Source of the DNA: a virus
Reading direction: 5' to 3' (one strand)
Length of the DNA stretch: 64,000 nucleotides
IMG/VR virus record: IMGVR_UViG_3300021420_000014
This document shows, piece by piece, positions 57,622-64,000 of the stretch (positions within the stretch are counted from its first letter, which is position 1; the number at the start of each line of letters is the position of its first letter). Below the pieces are notes generated by a model. That model was not told the DNA's origin. It worked only from the letters and a program-made list of their open reading frames with translations, and did not search any database. The position numbers were made by a program, and so were the translations under genes.

Positions 57622-58116
57622 GTGAGAAGGTTGGCCATCATCGTGCTCTCGTTGGCACTTTTTACACCAACGAGAGCACATTCAAAGCCGCGTAAACTGG
57701 CACGTGCTGCACATTCCAGCGGCAAGTTCTTAAGCAGAAAAGTTGGACAAGCCGGAGACGCGGTTACCAACGCTGTGGCCGATTGCTTCAAGAGCAAACT
57801 GATGGCTGTAGAGTGCGCGGTCATTGTCGGATCTACCGTTTGGGATGCTAAATCCACTTTATCCTGCGCAAGCCACGCTACGCTGCCTTGTTACGGAGCC
57901 AACCTTGCTTTGTCGCCGCGGCCGTCTCTTGTGCAGACTGTATCTGTTGGGGTGTCCGAAGATCTCGCGTTGCTGGCATCCGCGGACGCTGTTCGTAGAA
58001 CATCTCCAGTGTCTTCTGTTCTAGTGTTGGTAACTCCCGTCGCCCTTCATATAGAGAGTATTATGGATAACGATGGGGAAGTTAGAGACCTAAGGAATCA
58101 GGGAGTCCTTAAGTAA
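57622..58116 (+). CDS. signal-peptide-bearing hypothetical protein
   Basis: MRRLAIIVLSLALFTPTRA. Confidence 0.55.
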   Translation: MRRLAIIVLSLALFTPTRAHSKPRKLARAAHSSGKFLSRKVGQAGDAVTNAVADCFKSKLMAVECAVIVGSTVWDAKSTLSCASHATLPCYGANLALSPRPSLVQTVSVGVSEDLALLASADAVRRTSPVSSVLVLVTPVALHIESIMDNDGEVRDLRNQGVLK

Positions 58117-58117
58117 A

Positions 58118-58375
58118 ATGCTCTCACCCAATGCTTCGCAGATCGAGACTGCCGTAGACACACTCATGTCGGTCAGCAACTTCGTTCGTGAATCTCAGCA
58201 GAAAGAACTCACGTCCGCGATGGGTGCGCCCACGCTTGAAAAGATAGGATCCACATACCCGCTCACCCATGATTTCCGGCTCGGCTACGAACTCGGTCTG
58301 CAGACGGCGCGCATCGTAATCGCAGAATCAGTCGCGTTGATCTTGAAACATGTAAATCCTGACGAGGTGCTGTAG
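58118..58375 (+). CDS. hypothetical protein
   Basis: 85-aa ORF, coupled to upstream stop. Confidence 0.55.
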   Translation: MLSPNASQIETAVDTLMSVSNFVRESQQKELTSAMGAPTLEKIGSTYPLTHDFRLGYELGLQTARIVIAESVALILKHVNPDEVL

Positions 58376-58451
58376 GTGAAGTGGCGCGGTACACGTTTAA
58401 TGGGTTGCAATCGTAAGGTGAGATGCCGCGCCGACCGCCATTATAGATGAG

Positions 58452-59285
58452 GTGACTAAAATGCCAGAACTTATTCTTTCTCCTGGTGGACGCCGTTACG
58501 GATACATTCGCAAGCCGCATAGCCATCGTGCATTCGGACTCGCATCGGTCCCGAATCTGAAACTGATCGCACTGCCGCCAGTCGATGAGCATCTCGCGCA
58601 GTGGATGCCTCCGGTCAAGGATCAAGGAAACCTAGGGGCCTGCACTGCATTTGCCGGCACCGAAGATCGCGAAGCGATCGCTCGGCAGTTTGAGAACGCC
58701 TCACCAATTCTGGCTCCGCTTTTTCTCTATTACCTCGAACGCCAGATAGATGGCTCCGTCGATCAGGGCGATACCGGTTCGACAGGAGAAACCTCCTGCA
58801 AGGCGCAGATCCAGTTCGGGATTTGCGAAGAGACGGTCGATCCCTACGACACTTTCAACTTTAATCGCACGCCAACCGCAGCGCAGCTTGCCGCTGCTCT
58901 GAAGTGGAAGAATGGCGCCTACCACTCGATCTTCATCGTTGAGGACATCAAGACTTGCATTATTTCTGGCTATCGCGTTCGCATTGGTTTCAACGTTTAT
59001 GATTCTTTTGAGAACGACATCAAGTCAGACGGCCTCATGCCGATGCCGAATCCGAACAAGGAACAACTGCTCGGCGGGCACGAAGTGCTTGCTTACGCCT
59101 ATGATGATACTGTGCGTTGCCCGAACACCAACTCTCCTGGCGCAATCTGGATCCGCAACTCTTGGGGCTCATGGGGTCGCGGCGGCGACTTCGCTATGCC
59201 GTACGAGGCCTTCGCATCTCCGATATTAGCTGCCGATGCGAAAATACAGCACCTCGGCCCAAGATGGGTTCCTAAGGCTGCATGA
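58452..59285 (+). CDS. C1-family (papain-like) cysteine peptidase
   Basis: DQGNLGACTAF; GGHEV; IRNSWG. Confidence 0.92.
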   Translation: MTKMPELILSPGGRRYGYIRKPHSHRAFGLASVPNLKLIALPPVDEHLAQWMPPVKDQGNLGACTAFAGTEDREAIARQFENASPILAPLFLYYLERQIDGSVDQGDTGSTGETSCKAQIQFGICEETVDPYDTFNFNRTPTAAQLAAALKWKNGAYHSIFIVEDIKTCIISGYRVRIGFNVYDSFENDIKSDGLMPMPNPNKEQLLGGHEVLAYAYDDTVRCPNTNSPGAIWIRNSWGSWGRGGDFAMPYEAFASPILAADAKIQHLGPRWVPKAA

Positions 59286-59322
59286 TGCGCTTGGTAGAAC
59301 AAACACACAATCGAAGGACCGA

Positions 59323-59916
59323 ATGAAAACTCTCATCATTATCGTGCTCGCGGCTTTGTCCGCGAACGCACAAGAATCGGTTAAGCAGGTGGCTCACTAC
59401 AAATCGGAAACAATCGCTGGATTCACTGCACAGTTACCTGATCCGAACTACAGCCCCGGCGCCGAGAATCCGGACATCACCCAAGCGACCATCGGCGACA
59501 CGACCTGCAATCCACACTGGAGCACGAAAAGTATTCGGCCGCCAGCCTCTTACACCAACAAGCTCAAGCGCGAGCAGATGATTGCATATGGCGATACAGT
59601 TCCACAGATCCCGCCGCTAGGAAATCCGCCAGACGTCTCTAAGTGCATCGCGCATTCAAACGATCCCCATTGTTATGAAGAGGATCACATAATTTCTCTG
59701 GAGGGCGGGGGCCATCCACGTGATCCGAAGAATCTGATGCCGCAGCCGTATTATCCAAGGCCAGGCGCACACGAAAAAGATGCGGTCGAAAATCTTCTCT
59801 TTGGAAAGCCGCGAGGGCTCGTGTGTTCTGGCAAGATGTCGCTTGTAGATGCGCAGAAGGCCATAAAGACCGATTGGCTTGCGGTTTGGGTGAAGCACAT
59901 TGGTCCGACAAAATGA
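59323..59916 (+). CDS. secreted HNH-like nuclease
   Basis: signal peptide ANA|Q; EEDHIISLEGGG....NL.PQ; KD.VE. Confidence 0.75.
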   Translation: MKTLIIIVLAALSANAQESVKQVAHYKSETIAGFTAQLPDPNYSPGAENPDITQATIGDTTCNPHWSTKSIRPPASYTNKLKREQMIAYGDTVPQIPPLGNPPDVSKCIAHSNDPHCYEEDHIISLEGGGHPRDPKNLMPQPYYPRPGAHEKDAVENLLFGKPRGLVCSGKMSLVDAQKAIKTDWLAVWVKHIGPTK

Positions 59917-60116
59917 GAACCGACCCGCCTCTCATCGGCCCTGATCCTGAGTGGAAATTCTTACTGAGCGGGAAGGATCATGTTTTCTATGCACTCGCCG
60001 GTATAGCAGTGCTCGCCATCTTTATTGCACCTAAGGCTCCGCGCGCAGCGGCCCTCACGGTTGGTCTTGCTTTGGGCTGCATAGCTGACTTGTGGGCTCA
60101 CGAGTACGGCCACTGA
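59913..60116 (+). CDS. small two-TM membrane protein
   Basis: two hydrophobic segments; lies directly before the endolysin. Confidence 0.55.
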   Translation: MRTDPPLIGPDPEWKFLLSGKDHVFYALAGIAVLAIFIAPKAPRAAALTVGLALGCIADLWAHEYGH

Positions 60117-60117
60117 A

Positions 60118-60636
60118 ATGACAGATCCGATCTCGATAGAAAGATTAAAGCCGGTGCATCCGGAACTCGCGCGGCGAGTGACCGGCTTGATCGATGAGCT
60201 AGCGGCCGATCCGGATCCCGTCAACATTCGCGTCACGCGCGGAATTGCTACAGTCGAGCAGCAGAATGCGCTATGGCAAATTGGGCGCGATGCCGATGGC
60301 AACAAGATTGGTGTGACTGTAACGAATGCTAAGGGCACGCAAAGTAATCATGTCCTTGGATTCGCCGCGGACGTCGTGCCGATGGATATCGATACGGGCC
60401 AGCCGGACTGGAATCTTAGCCACAAAGATTGGCAGCGCATTATCGCCTTGGCACCTAAATATGGTTTACGCGATGGCCAGTGTTTTCACGATGCGCCGCA
60501 TTTGGAGCTGATCGAAGTTCCTGAAGTGCCGACCGAAGAGATGCAACAAACCTACCTTCAGGCCGGCGTTACGTCCCTGTGGGCCGAGACTACAATCCCG
60601 ACTGCGGTTTGGGATAGTCCTGGTATTTCCGCTTAG
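60118..60636 (+). CDS. endolysin, M15-family L-Ala-D-Glu peptidase
   Basis: VTNAK..QSNH..G.A.DVVP; D.PHLE. Confidence 0.88.
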   Translation: MTDPISIERLKPVHPELARRVTGLIDELAADPDPVNIRVTRGIATVEQQNALWQIGRDADGNKIGVTVTNAKGTQSNHVLGFAADVVPMDIDTGQPDWNLSHKDWQRIIALAPKYGLRDGQCFHDAPHLELIEVPEVPTEEMQQTYLQAGVTSLWAETTIPTAVWDSPGISA

Positions 60637-60660
60637 CGTCCGGTTTTCCACAACCGCTGC

Positions 60661-60690
60661 TTGACAGCATACCTGCTATTGGTTGATGAT
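60661..60690 (+). promoter_or_regulatory. sigma70-like early promoter
   Basis: TTGACA, 18 nt, GATGAT; AGCA-N4-TGCT inverted repeat in the spacer. Confidence 0.5.
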
Positions 60691-60698
60691 GCCGATCC

Positions 60699-60842
60699 AT
60701 GGCAACGGCCAAGATCGTTTTAACCGTCAGAATAACTCCAGATCAGCACGGACCGCTGAAACGTATCGCTAACCGCCGTAAGGTCTCGGTTAATCAATTT
60801 ATCCTGCGCCTGATAGAGAAGGAGCTTAAACGAAATGCCTAA
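60699..60842 (+). CDS. ribbon-helix-helix regulator (47 aa)
   Basis: LTVRITPDQH..LK..A....SVNQFI..LI; below the ORF-track cutoff. Confidence 0.75.
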   Translation: MATAKIVLTVRITPDQHGPLKRIANRRKVSVNQFILRLIEKELKRNA

Positions 60843-61893
60843 CGACGAAATCATTAAGGAAGATGCGAATTCTTACGAAGTCATAGACCTCCAGGGCAAA
60901 TCAACTGCCTTGGCCCAAGTCACGAAGGCTGAAATAGATTTGCAAATCAGCACAGCTCATAGCTATCCGCGGAGCTTGACGACCTTCAACAAGAAGGCCA
61001 TGACCATGTTGATGATGAACAAAGAAATCGCCGAGGAATGTTTCTATGTAATTCCCCGCGGCGGCAAGACAGTCGAGGGCCCGAGCGTCAGGTTGGCCGA
61101 AATCGTGGCAGCCAGCTATGGCAATCTTCGTTCCGGAGCTCGTGTCGTTGCTGAAGAAGGTGACTTCATCGTGGCTCAAGGCGTTTGTCACGATCTTGAA
61201 AACAATCTAGCCATTACGTTTGAGGTGAAGCGGCGAATCGTCGACTCCCGAGGACAGCGTTTTAATTCAGACATGATCGGTGTGACCGGCAACGCTGCGT
61301 CGGCGATCGCATTCCGCAATACTGTGTTCCGCGTGGTTCCGAAAGTATTGTGGCTTCCACTTTACGAGCAGGCACGGCGCGTGGCCAAGGGAGATGAAAA
61401 GACTTTCGAGGTTAAGCGCGAAGCTACGCTGATTGCCTTCGAAAAGTTGAACGTAAAGCGCAAAAAGATCTTCGAATATCTGGGCATCGAAGGCATTCAG
61501 GACATGAATTCCGATCATCTGGTTACGCTGATCGGAATCGGTAACGCAATTAAAAATGGGGAAGCAAGCATATCTGATTTAGATGCCAATTCTGAACCGA
61601 CTCCACCACAACGAAAGACGGCTGGCCCAAAAGAGGAGAACGGCCAAACGCAGAAGACTGGGCCTGGCTCACCCGCTGAAAAGTCAGAACCAAAAACGCA
61701 GCCGCAGCAGGAAACTGATCCTCTACTGACCAGCGAAGAACAAAACGAAATCTGGAAGTTCGCATTCAACCGCAGCTGGTCAAAGGTCAACGCAAAGCAG
61801 CTCATCAAGAAAGAGTTTGGCGTTGACGATCTGAAAGATTTGCGTCGATCACAACGGGCCAAGCTCGAAGAATTGTTGGAGGCAAGAAAGTAA
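60835..61893 (+). CDS. putative ssDNA-annealing recombination protein
   Basis: EID.QI.TA..YPR; GPSVRLAE; next to an exonuclease. Confidence 0.6.
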   Translation: MPNDEIIKEDANSYEVIDLQGKSTALAQVTKAEIDLQISTAHSYPRSLTTFNKKAMTMLMMNKEIAEECFYVIPRGGKTVEGPSVRLAEIVAASYGNLRSGARVVAEEGDFIVAQGVCHDLENNLAITFEVKRRIVDSRGQRFNSDMIGVTGNAASAIAFRNTVFRVVPKVLWLPLYEQARRVAKGDEKTFEVKREATLIAFEKLNVKRKKIFEYLGIEGIQDMNSDHLVTLIGIGNAIKNGEASISDLDANSEPTPPQRKTAGPKEENGQTQKTGPGSPAEKSEPKTQPQQETDPLLTSEEQNEIWKFAFNRSWSKVNAKQLIKKEFGVDDLKDLRRSQRAKLEELLEARK

Positions 61894-61935
61894 CCACTTT
61901 CAATTTAAAAACCACCACTGGAATGGCGCGGATCA

Positions 61936-62589
61936 ATGGCCTTTGCGTTCGACGCAATAACTCATTCCTATACGCTGAACGGGATCGTCGTACCAAGCTG
62001 TACGCGGTGTCTCGATCATGCAGGGCTAGTTTCCTACGACATGGTGCGAAGAGAAATTCTAGAGCGAAAGAGCAGGATTGGAGTCCTCGTACATCAAGCA
62101 ACCAACTACTACGACGAAGATCAACTGGATCCTAATTCGGTCCACGAGAAAATTAAGGGCTACGTTGATGCTTGGGCGATGTTTCGACAAGATACCGGTT
62201 TTGTTCCCAGGCGTATCGAGAAATCATTCTGCGCCAGCATAAATGGCATGCCTGTTGGCTTAACGCCTGATCGAGAGGGAATGTTTCTGAAGCAGGAAGC
62301 TATCGTGGATCTCAAGACTTCAGTGGCAGAGCAACCATGGTGGAGCATTCAACTCGCCGGCTACGCCCTGGGAGTTCCGGACTTTTATGGCGTGGCCAGC
62401 GGACTTCTCAGCTCTCCTTTAGCCTTATTCGTACGCAGGCGGCGGATCGCCGTGCAGCTCAGAGACGATGGGAAGTACAAAAAGTTCGACTATACCGAGC
62501 GGGAAGATGCAAACGTATTCATCTCGGCTCTGCACGTTACGCATTGGAAAATTAAACAGGGAATTAAATTGAGAGCGATAGCAGCATGA
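61936..62589 (+). CDS. PD-(D/E)XK exonuclease
   Basis: H.Y.....PS.T; G..VH; T.D...IVDLKT; QLAGY. Confidence 0.8.
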   Translation: MAFAFDAITHSYTLNGIVVPSCTRCLDHAGLVSYDMVRREILERKSRIGVLVHQATNYYDEDQLDPNSVHEKIKGYVDAWAMFRQDTGFVPRRIEKSFCASINGMPVGLTPDREGMFLKQEAIVDLKTSVAEQPWWSIQLAGYALGVPDFYGVASGLLSSPLALFVRRRRIAVQLRDDGKYKKFDYTEREDANVFISALHVTHWKIKQGIKLRAIAA

Positions 62590-62804
62590 CCAAAAACGAA
62601 TTGATGGTCGAAAACTGGAACCTAAAAACTAATAGCCAACCCATTGAAGTGCGCTTTTGGACTGGTGCACGCGAAGGCGAGGGGCGATTAGGGAAAACTT
62701 GGACTCCAGCGCAAATGATGAGCGGCACTGCCGTTGTCTATATCCGTGATTCACAAGGTAAGAACGTCGGTGCTGTTGCACTCTCCCATGTTGAGGCCAT
62801 ATGA
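62586..62804 (+). CDS. hypothetical protein
   Basis: ATGA-coupled ORF. Confidence 0.6.
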   Translation: MTKNELMVENWNLKTNSQPIEVRFWTGAREGEGRLGKTWTPAQMMSGTAVVYIRDSQGKNVGAVALSHVEAI

Positions 62805-63532
62805 GCGAACCAGCAACGCAACCGAATCTTACGGTAACACCGCTTGATCAGAAGGAGCTCGCCAAGATGCAAGAGGCGGCTCCGAAGGTTTTGCTCCAGG
62901 CTCAGGAACTTGAAATAAATACAACCGAAGATTACGAAGCGAGCGGCGCGTTTCTCGATGTGGTTGCCGAGCGGCAAAGGAAAGTTGAAGAGTTTTTCGA
63001 AAGGCCGGTCAAAGAGGCCAATAGCGTTCATAAATTCCTTACCAGCCTGAGAGGCATGCTCACAAGCCCTTACAGTCAAGCCGAAGAACTTATCAAGAGG
63101 CGTCGACGTGATTGGCGTATGGAAGAGGAACGAAAACGCCAAGCTGCGGAAGAAGAAGCGCGTAAACGAGCCAAAGCCGAACAAGAAGCACAGGCACTCG
63201 AGGAAGCCAGCCAATTAACCGAAATAGGCGAGCATGAAGCGGCAGCAGTAGTGATCGATCGCGCGGTGACTGCGCCGCCGCCACCTGTCATTGTGCCTAG
63301 CATAGTTCCCAAGCAGGCTGGCCATTCGATCCGTAAGGTTTGGAAATTCAGAATTAAAAATCCTGCGCTGATCAAGCGTGAATTCCTGATGCCCAAGAAT
63401 GCGTTTGATCCTAAGGAATACAAGAAGATTGACGCTCTAGTTTCTGATCTAGGGCCTGATGCAGGACCACTAGTAGGTCCTGGGGCGATAGAAATATACG
63501 AAGATGAAATTGAGAGCTCGCGCAGGAAATGA
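62801..63532 (+). CDS. coiled-coil phage protein
   Basis: 243 aa; R..WKF.I....I.REFLMP. Confidence 0.7.
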   Translation: MSEPATQPNLTVTPLDQKELAKMQEAAPKVLLQAQELEINTTEDYEASGAFLDVVAERQRKVEEFFERPVKEANSVHKFLTSLRGMLTSPYSQAEELIKRRRRDWRMEEERKRQAAEEEARKRAKAEQEAQALEEASQLTEIGEHEAAAVVIDRAVTAPPPPVIVPSIVPKQAGHSIRKVWKFRIKNPALIKREFLMPKNAFDPKEYKKIDALVSDLGPDAGPLVGPGAIEIYEDEIESSRRK

Positions 63533-63601
63533 ACTGAATCATCCAGATTTTGGAAACCATATCAGTAATGGTTCATTTCCTGCGTGTTGTAATCGAGAGA
63601 A

Positions 63602-63790
63602 ATGATGGACACCATCAAGATTGGCGATATCCGTTATCTGAATGCGGACGAGCTGCGAAACATGACGAATCCAATGGCGATTACCTGCAAGGGAGAACCT
63701 GTGGCCGTTCTGGTACCATACAAACTTTTCTTGGAATGGCAGGAGGCTGCCCGTGGACTCACCGAAGACATTCGGCTTGAAACTCAGTGA
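63602..63790 (+). CDS. Phd/YefM-like small protein
   Basis: P.AIT..GEPVAVLVPY..F. Confidence 0.55.
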   Translation: MMDTIKIGDIRYLNADELRNMTNPMAITCKGEPVAVLVPYKLFLEWQEAARGLTEDIRLETQ

Positions 63791-64000
63791 ACTGCGTCCG
63801 TGTGATGCTTGCGGAGGCCAAATCACACCGTTTTTTCAGCATATTCAGATTCGGCATGCCATCTTCAATGCAAGAAATGTGAACGCTACGATCGGCATCA
63901 TGCACGGATGGGGTAGGACGCTGGCGGATCGTGATGCTATGCAGGCTTTGAACGTAGCCGAAGCCCTTTCGCCTGGAGCGGATGCGGCCGTTGAGGTTCT

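Noticed and set aside
61936-62589. Cas4 / CRISPR association
   Set aside because: No Fe-S Cys cluster; sits beside a recombination gene like ordinary phage exonucleases
63602-64000. Complete toxin-antitoxin pair
   Set aside because: Only a Phd-like ORF is visible; no recognisable toxin before the window end

Overview
A 64-kb segment of a tailed (siphovirus-like) dsDNA phage or prophage, almost entirely on the + strand. The host is probably a diderm bacterium (inference from the Sec, Tat and lipoprotein signals). Layout: (1) 1-5.6 kb, a dense array of 27 complete tRNA genes plus a partial one, with small ORFs, an HNH gene, two paralogous micro-peptides and tRNA-like oddities; (2) 5.8-10.5 kb, head genes, where the major capsid protein carries a C-terminal CFI-box-CTERM-like domain; (3) 11-23 kb, a glycosyltransferase / methyltransferase / NDP-sugar dehydrogenase cluster embedded among head and neck genes; (4) 23.8-36 kb, large Cys/Gly/Thr-rich proteins with signal peptides, small adaptor-like proteins and a 1096-aa repeat protein; (5) 36-56 kb, a GTA-like tail module (terminator, tube, chaperones, tape measure, DUF2460, DUF2163, NlpC/P60, and an intein-containing, split host-specificity protein) invaded by homing endonucleases; (6) 56.7-60.6 kb, lysis and exported genes; (7) from 60.7 kb, early/recombination genes. 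Main candidates for new biology: a set of Sec-exported virion appendage proteins with shared docking tags and a repeat scaffold, alongside a virion glycosylation cluster and a CTERM-tagged capsid protein; a conserved antisense two-hairpin RNA on three HNH genes; a minimal CUA-anticodon cloverleaf; and non-canonical start codons in tail genes. All family assignments are by motif recognition, with no database searches run.
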